From: Anthoceros angustus
Taxonomy: Eukaryota; Plantae; Anthocerotophyta
DNA: 64,000 nucleotides
Reading direction: 5' to 3'
NCBI GenBank assembly: GCA_010909165.1
Contig: VJWM01000172.1
Coordinates: forward strand, 1-64,000
Below, in pieces: positions 47,751 to 59,195 of this stretch (its first letter is position 1; the number at the start of each line of letters is the position of its first letter). Below the pieces are notes generated by a model that worked only from the letters and a program-made list of their open reading frames with translations, was not told where the DNA came from and searched no databases. Both the position numbers and the translations under genes were made by a program.

Positions 47751-48502
47751 TCGAATATGTCCTTCGACTATGTCCTTCGACAATATCAGGCGCAACAGTA
47801 CTCAGTCCAGACACATACAATCAAGTATCAGGCTGATGGGTGGCCTGGCCTGGCCTATGATGGTATGTTCCAGTACACGGACGTCAGTATTCAGACATGC
47901 CTCTCTACCATCAGCAAGACTGTACAACAAACACAACGATGCAAACTCGAGCACTGACTAGCCAGGTACCTGAGGAGCAGCAATCTTCCAGTAGCTGCAT
48001 ACACACATATATGAAGACGATACGAACACAGTAAAAGAGAAGTTGGGGGGTCGCTTCCTTTCACAGTCTCACTGCACCAAGGGACCCAGGGCTAGAGCCC
48101 GTGCAGTCCATTGCCATAGTTGTTACAAGATCGGGGTCGGATGTTATAGCCATCCCTCACTCAAAAGATCAGAGCCTTCTTAAACTTGAGGCCACCTCCC
48201 ATCTCGAGGTGCCGTGACTTTCAGAAACATCCCGTCTGATCGGATGCTTCGCTAAATCTAGGAGTGAAGTCAACAAACATCCAGAGCCATGGATTTTATC
48301 CTAAGCCAAACCCCTACCTAACAGTCCATATGCAAATCAGCCTGGTGTGAGCCCTTTACCTTCTCTCAGATTTAGGTGCCGGTTGCAAGCTTTAGATACT
48401 GGAAAGGAGAGAAGCACTCAATTGCCATTTGCTTACTGAGCTCCTGCTCTCCAAAAACCATCCAGATGCTTTGTTCTCTCAAGCTCCGTGCTTCAGTAGA
48501 TG

Positions 48503-49805
48503 TCAGAGATCACGTGTAAGACCCATTGCTATGAACGTCGAAAAGATCAAGTCACGCACCTCTGGTTTGTTCCCCACACCTACTAAATGGAGCAGTCCAG
48601 TCTTGTCCTTCCGGCTGTGCTCGTACAAGGCCAGCACCTCCTCTGTCTCCTCTACGAAACATACATAAGTGGTGAAGACTCTGTCCTTTCTACCCCGCAG
48701 ACGCAGCCGTCCGACTCCCTCACTGCGGAGCCCTAGGATGGTTATGTGCCTGAAAACAAGGAAGACATCATACTCACAATGTTTCCTCCCGTCCTTCTTC
48801 AAGTGGTCAATCAGTAACAAGCTGCCAGCTCGACGCGTGTCTACACTGTGTCCGGTCAAGGCGCTGGTCACCGTCCCCTGCAAGGAACTACCGGAGAAGA
48901 TGAAGGCGTTCATCTCCTTGCTGCCTGAAATGTTTTGCTTCTCGTCTGGATGGCGGATATCATATGTTCCTCCCATTGCGTTTTCTAAGCTCGCCGACAT
49001 CCTTGTTTCTTTGCCGGACTTTGGATCGTTGAGCCATGTATTCACAGTGTATACCCGCCTCTGGCTGGAGTCTGAGACGGTGAACGAAACCTCTTTCCCT
49101 TTCCTGATTTTGGATTCCAGGTTTCCGCGCGCCACCAGTTCCAGCTTGTTCACCCCAGCCGACGAATCTCGCAAAAACTCCGACTCCTGAATATGCTGCT
49201 GCGACGACCCTGTACCCTGCCGCTGAAAACGGAAAGACCCATTTCAGCTACCAGCTCATTAGGGCTGCCAAGGGAGATGAGCAACACGTACATACCCGCA
49301 GGAAGGTGGAAAGATCATCTGCCATCTTCTTCGTCTCGTCTGAAATGCGTTGCACGCTCTGTGCGCGCAGTGCGGACAGAAGTCGGATTCCATGACACCG
49401 CAACAGGCAGTTCATGAGTGTCATTGTGAATCCTCTGTATGGCCCCTTAGCGGAAAAAGCAACCGCCGAGGAGAACGTTTTGGATGCAGATATCCTGGCC
49501 CTGAGCAGCAGCCGCTCCCTCTCCGCGTCATCGTTGGAATGGCTCTGCAAGTTACAAGCTTAGCAAGCGCTTGGTGCTCCAGAAAGCAAGCTAATTCCAA
49601 TTTGTGATCTGGACGGTTTCACAGCCTTCACCTTGCAGAGGTTGAGTTGATCACGCAGGTGCAAAATCGATTCGTTGAAGGCTACATAGCTTGGCCGCAC
49701 GTATTCTTCGCCGGAGTCTATCAAAGTGCTCAGGAATGGAAGAGCTTCCGACAATGTGGAAAGGATATCTGCCACATGCGTCTCGGCAACCACTTGCATT
49801 GCCAT
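48503..49805 (-). CDS. Uncharacterised 368-aa protein, three exons (49805-49632, 49544-49296, 49186-48503)
   Basis: Phase-0 GT-AG introns of 87 and 109 nt give an open frame MAMQVVAETH...QLNLCK|SHSND...LSTFLR|ESEFL...GLTRDL*; the same splice sites occur in the 54.7-55.2 kb paralog. Confidence 0.75.
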
Positions 49806-50559
49806 CTTCGACGGAGATGGGCACCATGCCCTCACGATGGCCAGAGCACTTTCATTCTGAAGGTTTCTCCCGTGGATAAAGCTTTCCTGTAGCTTTGTCA
49901 GTCAGGCTTTGACGGGGTCTTCCTTTTTTGCCCGCAAGTGACGCACGATGTGGACAGCCTGAGAATTATGCGCTTGGGATAGGGCTCCGCATGCAGCTGG
50001 AGCAGAGACTGACAGGATTCATGCCTTCAAAACTCACACTCTCTCCTTTCGAGGACTCACTCCCTCTCGAGGAGAGGTCTTTTAAGGACTCACTAACAGA
50101 GTCCCTGCTCTTTTAAGATCTGACTCTCCTATCCTCATCGAGCAAGGCCAGTCCGAGCAGTCGCATGGGAACCAGGAAGGGTTGCAGAGGGTCCGGGCAC
50201 CCATCATCCACATCAGCATGGGTGTGCGTTATGAAGCCATGTCTGTCTCTGAACTCGCTTCACATTTAAGCAACCGTGCGCGGGGTTGCTGCTGTTGCCC
50301 AGGGCGTTTTCCCTTTAAAAGCAACTTATTTTGTTTCAACATAAGGCCTGCAGCGCACACTTGTCTGCCAAGGAGTAAGTCTAACTTGTCCCTTGCTCTA
50401 GCCCTTATATATCCCGCAGCTTGATCTCAACTAGACAATTATTAAATCTAAGATTCTTAAATACCACTAGGAATTCTTACAGACGACATCACTAAGAGTC
50501 CTCTTTAGGCAGCTCTTCATTTGTGGCTGTAGCAATTCTTCTAAGAAGAGATTGCATGA

Positions 50560-51120
50560 AGAAGAAGAAGAATTTTATTTAAGTCCACTAAGGACGATTT
50601 CCGTTATGGGACTTGGTACTTAACAACTTGTACCATGGTGTGCTAAGCTACTTGCACCAAGGGCATCTACTCCCTTTATGACCCCATCTAAGTACCAATC
50701 TAAGTTCAGGATACTTAATCACAGCGTTCTTATAAATGTGTGTCACACATGAAACATGCAACACATGCATCTTCTCAACAGGCTACTAATTTAACTTTTT
50801 ATCTTTCAATCTTTCATCTGTCTACCTTATTTCACCAATCCCATTACTAGAACTGTGGAAAGGGTTTCACATTCCAACAGCAATTTTATTTCACTTAATC
50901 AAGTTCTCCCTTTCCTAATTTCCTAAGGCCATTTGGACACATTTATAAGAACACTGTGATTAAGCATCATGAGCTTGGATCGGTACTTAGATGGGGTGCC
51001 TAAAGGAAGTGGATGCCCTTGTGCAAGAAACTTAGGCACACCATGATACAAGTTGTTAAGTACCAAGTCCCATGACGGAAATCCGTCCTTAGTGGACTTA
51101 AATAAAATTCTTCTTCTTCA
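50560..51120. mobile_element. Foldback / MITE-like element with about 185-bp inverted arms
   Basis: 50560-50742 is the imperfect reverse complement of 50936-51120, spacer about 190 bp; no TSD identified. Confidence 0.8.
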
Positions 51121-51294
51121 TCATCGTTAAATAAAATTCTTCTTCTTCATCGTTCATATGTACACGTTTTACTTTGAAACTGCTCTTGTACGGCAGGACC
51201 GTTTGGGGAAGAAGGATGGCAGGTGCGGGCAGTCCAGTAGTCGGTCACTAAAGTTCGTGGTTCGGACGGGCTTTAGGATTTAGGGTTAGCTCCA

Positions 51295-51425
51295 GCTAAC
51301 CATGTCACCTCTGTGCAAGCACAGGAGCCCTGAAACCAGGTACTAAGATGCTTCATTCTCAGGATGGGGGTAAGCGTGGAGGTGCCCATTGGCAGCAGCC
51401 TGATGGACATGTACGCCAAGAGCGA
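51295..51425 (+). pseudogene. PPR L/S motif relic
   Basis: NHVT..CASTGALKPG..QDGVSVEVPIGSSLMDMYAKS. Confidence 0.7.
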
Positions 51426-53201
51426 TCATGTAGGCCTGCTGCCTGCGGTTTCATCATGCCAACTCCTGCTTTGTGACTTGGTGGCATTTCCTCCTGCAAT
51501 GCCGTTGTATACGGATAGAGCCTGGGCCATCATACTTGCTGGACCTGACGCATTGGTTGGAAGAAGCATTGTTGTACCCTGAGACGAAACAAGAACATAT
51601 AAAAAATGCCGCCTCACAGATGTCCAAGGCAGCGTATCACCGGTGTCCAAGCAAGCGGCAGCGCAGGTAGAGGGATTCCAGGAACGTGTGCCGACAAAAA
51701 TTAACACATACCTCTTGGGCAATTTTACCACAGGCGAGCAGGTATTGCTCTGCGATTCTCAAGTATGCAGCCTGTTATAAAACACACATCAGTTCCTACA
51801 CACTGTGAGCCAAATGTCATGCCATATACATGCTTCAATCGATCCTGTGACGATCATTGCTGCGCTCTTCAACACAAAACACACTCAGTTCAAAAATTGA
51901 ACACACTCCCAGTTCAAGAATTGGTTTATGGTTTAGAGTTCAATTCAACCTCAGCACCACCATCGGCTCTGGTAGGAAGAGATAGCTCCTTTAAACCCTT
52001 TGCTGTTGCCTCAGCTTTTGCAAAAATAGCTTCAGCCCTCCCCTGCAATTCATGCAATAACAATGTCTCCTAATATGAATTCAAGTTCAAACATGCATAC
52101 ATCCTTCCATTGTGTGCAATATGTCCTCACCTCGAGCTTGGTTGACTTGATCTGTCATGGCAGTTTCAGATTCCAAGATGATAGAGTTCTTTGATGCATG
52201 AGCTCGATTTATTTGTGCTTGCCTCTCTCCTGTTTGCAGGTATGTCACTACGTAAATTTGCTGACCATCTAAGGCTGAAAACAGTACTGGGACCAAAATG
52301 AGGACCACATACCCTCAGACTCCAGCACCTGAGCTCGCTTTCGTCATTCTGCTTCAGCCTGCATCTCCATAGCTGCTCGTATTCCAGGAGGGGCCGATAA
52401 GTCCCCTGCAGGCAGAACTTCCTATGAATGGCACATCCACCTGCTTGTCATGCTCATGTGAGGCTGAAACGTAAAAAAACCACTGTCAATCATCATGCCT
52501 CATGTGGAGTCAATTATCTTATGAATTTCATATCGAAGACACGTGAGGCCCCAGTCGGTGGCTGCTTCATTGATTGATGTTTGCACAGGACAATACCCAA
52601 TCAGAGCTGCATAAGGTAATAGCTGGAAAACCATCACTGAGCCAAGTGTCCTCTGCAATTCAAGGCCAACCCAATGCCTTGATTCAACATCTCTCTCTCC
52701 TCAAACATCTTATCAGCGTGATCTTCCCAAGTTCACTCCTCATGATGGTTTCTGCGAGCTGTATGATTGCGTACTTAGGATTTTCCACTCCATATGCTGC
52801 CTTTATTGGGTCAACAACCTGATAACATCCACATCAGTCTCTACCTCTTTCACAGGAGTCCCAATCCAAGTACTGATCTTGCTCACTCGTACTATCAGGA
52901 ACCAGCAAGTCTCAAAACGCATCCAGCTATGCCTGGTTCTAGAAAGCCAGAAAGCAATAACGACTAAAGGCAGTACCTTTACATAAAGAACACCACCGAT
53001 GGATATGCTGACATTGTCTTTCGTAATGGCTGTCTGATCATGAATAGGGATGCCTTCTTTCTTCAGGGAATGTACGTAGGCAATTCTATCCACGATGGGA
53101 ATCAAGAAATGTATGCCCGATCCGAGGGTCGTCAAGTATTTCCCAAATCGCTCCACAACCAAGGCCCCCTTCTCTGGCACTATCCGAATCCCCCAGCTCA
53201 A
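51426..53201 (-). pseudogene. SLP: Stomatin-like (SPFH, SLP1/SLP2-type) multi-exon pseudogene
   Basis: [72 protein letters not shown] (stop), GERQAQINRA, GTTMLLPTNA; frameshift in the second exon. Confidence 0.9.
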
Positions 53202-53479
53202 CGGAGTTCTCTCTTTACGCCTTCAAGGAAACCAGGAATTTAGACAACACTCCTTACAATTCCACCATCAGTGCAGCTAACAATGCCCTTTCTTCACAAG
53301 TCAACCCCCAAACCACGAGACTACGTGATGAACCAGACCCGGACCCGATATACAACCCACAAATCAGATGATAGTATGAAATCAGATCCCCGTTGCAGGC
53401 TCAAGGAATTGCTCAGTTCCATAACCTGCCCTTCCCACTCAGAGCATAACGATATCACCCAGAACCTAAGCTCACCAGT

Positions 53480-53912
53480 AGGTGTAGGTGTAGCGCTCCG
53501 GATCTCGGCGGAACGACCGAACTCCCCCCAACGCTGTCCCCAGCACAAGCTGGACGAACTGCTGGCAGCAGATTCGTGCAGAACAAGCCCCCAATCCATG
53601 CGGCCCGGTTCTTCTTCCTCATCGGCGAGCTCTGCAGCCACTGATTTTCAGTCCTTCCCGCCAAGCTGCAGAGTCGTGATACGGATTAGGGTTTGGGTGC
53701 GTTTTCAGCACTCCTTGACACCGGTAATCGGTCCCCGGCAACCGCACGAGCGCAATGGCCAAGGAGCCAGCGGCCGCGGCCTTCACGACTGCGGCTGCTG
53801 TGTGAAGCGTGAATCGCGAAGCGTGAGACGTTAAGCCTGAAGCGAGAGCGGAGCGTGAAGCTGGGATCCTCCCTCCGCCCACGTAACGGGTAGCACTCGT
53901 TTGGAGAGACAT
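53480..53912 (-). pseudogene. Frameshifted 5' gene fragment with a transit-peptide-like start; product unknown
   Basis: MSLQTSATRYV..AAAVVKAAAAGS (Ala/Ser/Arg-rich) continuing in another frame to ..ATPTPTG followed by a GTGAG donor-like site. Confidence 0.3.
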
Positions 53913-54469
53913 GGTGCTTCTTGACCAAGCCCACACAAGACTTGTCTCACACGAAGTTGCCCAGCCGTCGCTCCTGAATCTCAGCAGATTGAAGCTGCTT
54001 GCCCTGATGCAAAGCTACAACAGCAGCACTGGCTTCAGCACAGCTCCCTGCTGCTGTTCTGTTAACAGCATTCGTGCACTAAGCGCGAGGGATTCCTGAC
54101 CAACAGGTTGAGGTGTTTGAGGGATTGCCTGAAAAGAGGTGGTTGCCTGGAATGCACTCATGGCGGGATACACCCGTCAAGGAGACGTAGCACGCGCAAC
54201 AGCACTCAGTCCAGTCACATACAACCATGTGCCAGGCTGATGGGTGGCCTGGCCTGGCCTAGGATGGTCTGTTCCAGTAAACAGACATCAGTTACCATCA
54301 GCTACACTGTACAACAAACACAACGATGGAAACTCAAGCACTGATTAGCCAGGTAGCTGAGGAGCAGCAATCTTCCAGTAGCTGCATACAGAGACGAAGA
54401 CGATACCAACACAGCAAAGGAGAAGGTGGAGTAAATTTGGCAGGTCACGACTCCACTTATACCATCAGC

Positions 54470-55390
54470 TCAGCTTGGCGTTGGCGCAAAGGTTGAGCTG
54501 ATTGCACAGGTGCAAAATCAATTCTCTTAGGACTAAATGGAGGCCGCATGTAGGCCTCGTCGGAGTCGATCCAAGATCTCAGGGCGCGTCTCGGCAACCT
54601 CTACGACTGCCGATGGCCCTTCCCTGGATCAAGCTTCCCTAGAGCTTTGTGCGTCAGTCTTTGACGCGGGGCCATTTTTTTTGGCCTCAAGTAACGCCTT
54701 GCCGCTAACCATGGAAAAAACAACACTTCAGCTACCAGCTTATTAGGGCTGCCAAGGGAGACTAGCAACAGGCACGTACCCGGAGGAAGGTGGAAAAATC
54801 ATGTGCCAGTCCGTGTGGACTGTTATGGAGATTGTAAACCAGGGAGAAGGTTTTGGATGCAGATATCCTTGCCCTGAGCAACAGCCGCTGCCTGTCCGCT
54901 TCATCGTCGACATGGTTCTGCAAGTTACAAGCTTAGCAAGCCAGAGTAGCAAACCCTTGTTGCTCCAGATAGCAAGCCACTTCAAACTTGTAATCTGGAA
55001 GCTTTGCTCAGCCTTCACCTTGCAAAGGTTGAGTTGATTGCACAGGTGTAAGATCGATTCCCGTAGGACTACATAGCTGGACCGCATGTATGCCTCGCCG
55101 GAGTTGATCGAAAGGCTCAGGCAAGGAAGAGCTTCCGAAAACGTGGAGAATACGTCTGGCACATTCGTCCTGGCAACCACTAGGATTGGCGTCCTGCAGA
55201 GCTTCAAAGGAGATGTGCTGCAGAGCTTCACTTGTGTTACGATGAGCTGCAGAGCTTCACCTATGTTACGATGTGGTGATCATGCTCTCACCATGGCGCT
55301 TCCGTGGCTAAAGCTTCCCTGTAGCTTTGTGCGTCAGGCTTTGACGGGAGGCTTTCCCTTTGACGGGGGTCTATCTCTTTGGCCTTGAGT
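54470..55390 (-). pseudogene. Two partial copies of the orphan gene N-terminus (about 54990-55390 with exon 2 to 54780; about 54470-54690)
   Basis: SILHLCNQLNLCK|NHVDDEADRQRLLLRARISASKTFS..HDFSTFLR| parallels the 49.2-49.8 kb exons; third exon absent. Confidence 0.8.
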
Positions 55391-55731
55391 AACGTAACAT
55401 GTGGATCACTGGATATGGCGTACCACATCGGTCTCTTCAGAAGCCTCCCAGAAACCAAAACGAGGTCTTTCGCTTTGGCCTCAAGTAACGTGAAACGTGG
55501 ATATGGTCCACAACATCAGCCTCTTGAGCACTGGTAGATACATGTAAGGTCAGGGTGCGTAGAGTGTCCATGTGCGTGTGTAGAAGAAGACGAAGAAGAA
55601 GAAGATCCCAAAGGCCTGTGGGCCCCATGGTACATTACTAATTGTATATGCAGTATGTTCATATCCTGCTTGCCGTTTGCACTTGCAATTGCCCTACGCC
55701 CTGTCAGTTTTCGCTCCAGGCTCATCAGGCG

Positions 55732-58471
55732 ATGCGACGGCGGGGACTGTTGTGGACCCAACAAATTGGTGTGTGGACAGGGATTCTACGAGGAGCTCCC
55801 GCTCACCTCACCTCAGGGGCTCATCTCCCGGCAAACAAGCAAGCCTCCAGGTGCAGCAGTGTAAGGAGCCGAGCATTTCCACTTCCGAGAGAATATGTGG
55901 GTGGGGACGGGTTATCCAACGATGGCCGTCGCCAGGAGCAGGAGGACTTGCGGCAACAATTTTTTCTGGACCCTACCAGGTGGTGGGACAATAGACGAGA
56001 GAAGAAGAGCTCCCGATCGCCTGACTTCCGGCGTAAGGGGCCCGGGGAAATGCTGTGGGTAAACAGGTTTAAGCCAGGTTGGGTTGATGAGCAGCTCGTT
56101 TTCTTGGATATGCAGATGGGTCATGGTACCTCTTCTTCCGAGTCCAGGTCTCCGGATGAGCCTGAACCTGGCAGGCGTAAAGGATCGGAAATGGGCGACG
56201 TCACTGCTGTAACCGTGAGCACGTTATGTCAGCAGGGGAAGCTTTCTGAGGCCGTTAGAGCCCTGGAGTCTCTGGCGCATACAGACTCTGCTATTTCTCG
56301 GTCTCTGGTTTACACTGTGCTGAAACTGTGTACAGCTAAGAAGGACCTTGTTTTAGGGCGACGAGTTCATGACCTCACTGTTAACCTCGGGTACGAATCG
56401 GATGCGTACTTGGGGAACCATATCTTGCGCATGTATGCACGTGGAGGTAAGCTAGAGGAGGCCATGGATGTGTTCACCAGGGTGGGCAAACCAGATGCCT
56501 TCATGTGGTTCTCCATAATCTCTGCATACTCCAAGCATGGGAAGCCTGGTGAGGCCATACAACTGTACCATGAGATGCGTAGGTTAGGAGTGAAGGCGGA
56601 CGCTCACGTCTTCATAGCAGCCCTTCAAGCTTGTGCATTTGCCGCTGACTTGGAGTCTGGCAGGAAGGTGCACTTTGATGTATCGAACAGTGGCATTCCT
56701 CTTAATTTGTTCGTTGGTACCTGCCTGGTGGACATGTATGCGAAATGTGGCGAACTGAAAGATGCGCGCGATGTTTTTGACAGCATGAACACAAAGGATG
56801 TGGTGACATGGAATGCTTTGATTGCTGGGTATGTAAGATGTGGTGAACTGGAAGATGCACGCCAGGTATTTGACAGCATGGCCACAAAGAATGTGGTGAC
56901 TTGGACGGCACTGATTGCTGGGTATGCCCAGCAAGGTCTTGGACATGAGGCGCTTGGTCTGTACGGACAAATGGAGAAGGAGGGCCTGATTCTGCCTGAC
57001 CATTTTACTTTTGCTTGCCTTCTGAAGGTGCACTTTGATGTATCACAGTGGCATTCCTCTTAATTTGTTCGTTGGTACCTGCCTGGTGGACATGTATGCA
57101 AAATGTGGCGAACTGAAAGATGCATGCGATGTTTTTGACAGCATGAACACAAAGGATGTGGTGACATGGAATGCTTTGATTGCTGGGTATGTAAGATGTG
57201 GTGAACTGGAAGATGCACGCCAGGTATTTGACAGCATGGCCACAAAGAATGTGGTGACTTGGACGGCACTGATTGCTGGGTATGCCCAGCAAGGTCTTGG
57301 ACATGAGGCGCTTGGTCTGTACGGACAAATGGAGAAGGAGGGCCTGATTCTGCCTGACCATTTTACTTTTGCTTGCCTTCTGAAGGCCTGTGCAAGCACT
57401 GGTGCCTTACAGAAGGGCAAGCAGGTGCACTCACAGATTGTTGAGAGAGGACTGCTAGATGACGTAGTGTTGGGTAACTGCCTTGTGGACATGTATGCGA
57501 AATGTGGCGAACTGAAAGATGCACGCCAGGTTTTTGACAGCCTGAACACCAAGGATGTGGTCACATGGAATGCCCTGATATCTGGGTATGGTACTTGTGA
57601 CGATGGTCAGACTGCACTAGCTTGTTTTGAGGAGATGTTAGTCGATGGTATTCAGCCTGATGGTGCTACTTTTACTTGTCTTCTAGCTGCATGCAGTCAT
57701 GAGGGACTGGTCCAGGAGGGTCGCAAGCACTTCGATTCCATGGCTGAACAGCATGGCATCAAACCTACTACTGAGCATTACAATTGCATGATTGATCTTC
57801 TTGGGCGTGCGGGCCATTTAGATGAGGCTGAGAAGATGCTATTGTTCTGCGAGGGCCAAAGTAATGTTGTGGGCTTGAGGTCTTTGTTGAATGCCTGCAA
57901 AAGTCACGGGGATTTAGAGAGGGCGATGTGGTGTTTTGAAAGCATTGTTAGGCTGGACCCTCAGCGGGCGTCTGCATATGTGCTCATGGCCAACGCCTAT
58001 GCAGATGCAGGTATGTGGACTGATGTAGACAGGATTGAAACACAAAGAATGGTAGCAGGAGCTAGCAAGAAACCTGCTGTGGCGACCATTGAGGTGAATA
58101 AGCAGGTACATAGATTTCTGGTGGGAGAAAGGAATGAGCATATTGCACAACAGGTAGAGAGCACGAATGTACGTCTGAAGCAGGATGGAGGCCACGTCCC
58201 TCACACCAAGTTGGTGTTGAAGGCACTGTGTGAGACGGAAAAGGAAGATTTGCTTTGTGGGCATGCTGAGAAACTAGCTCTGGCGTTTGGTCTCCTGAAC
58301 ACTCCGAGTGGGACACCTCTGGTGGTAACAAAGAATCTACGTATGTGTAGTGACTGCCACAGTTCTACGGAGATCATGTCGAGGCTTGAACAGAGAGACA
58401 TTGTTGTGAGGGATGGGTACCGTGTGCATCGATTCGCAGCTGGTTGTTGCAGTTGTAAGGGTCGACCATGA
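55732..58471 (+). CDS. Organelle-targeted PLS-class PPR protein with N-terminal PDF motif and C-terminal E + DYW:KP (GRP-ending) domain; split by a frameshift near 57045
   Basis: Targeting-peptide-like MRRRGLLW..; PDF motif FFLDPTRWWDNR..SPDFRRK..LW..PGWV; P/L/S repeats; SKKPAVATIEV, CGHAEKLAL, NLRMCSDCH, HRFAAGCCSCKGRP*. Confidence 0.93.
56665..57386. repeat. Internal 360-bp tandem duplication in the PPR gene; second copy lacks 2 bp
   Basis: aaggtgcactttgatgtatc at 56665 and 57025; junction microhomology gaagg; tcgaac to tcac deletion. Confidence 0.95.
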
Positions 58472-59195
58472 GAACAACGAAGACTATTCAGTGCTCAAGT
58501 GTGAAAAGCAGAAAAAGGTGCTTTTTGTTCTTAGGGTCAATGTTCTTGCTTAACTTCATCCTACGATCTGGGTTTTGCAACATACTCAGTATACGGTGCC
58601 CTGTAGCAAGAAAGCCTAACCCATTCGTTCATATCAGATAGGTTCCTGGGCGAGCAGCCCGCTTTCGTTATCCGGCATATCCTTTCTGTAAGTTGTCAGC
58701 GAGGTCGTCTTGTTCCCCTTTTTCTTCTTGGGTGGGTGCGTGGACGGCACATTTTACACATTTGTGCATGACGGGTCCTTGACGTAACTGTCTGCTGTAC
58801 TCTATGCGTAACAGTACGTGATGGAAATTTCTGTAGAACAACTATCTGCCTAAAATACATCATGTGGATCATGTGTAGTAGAAGCCCACAATGTCCAACA
58901 GCTGCGGATAACCCGTTACCAGGTTTGCATCTACATAACATACAGTATCAGCCCAAGGCTTGAGTGACGAGTAGATGATGGGCGCAAATATTGAGAAGCT
59001 GCTTGATCCTTGTGCCTGCTCCCCCATCAAATCTCATACAGGAAGAGTACAAAAGCAATACCATAAATTATTCAACACAGATACAGTACAGTATTAAAAC
59101 AAGGTTTGCAGGATTGCAGCTTTCGATGGCAACTACGATGGTCAGCCATAGTGAGGCAATGGCTTACAAGGAGACAATCAGCAGCCACCTCCTCC

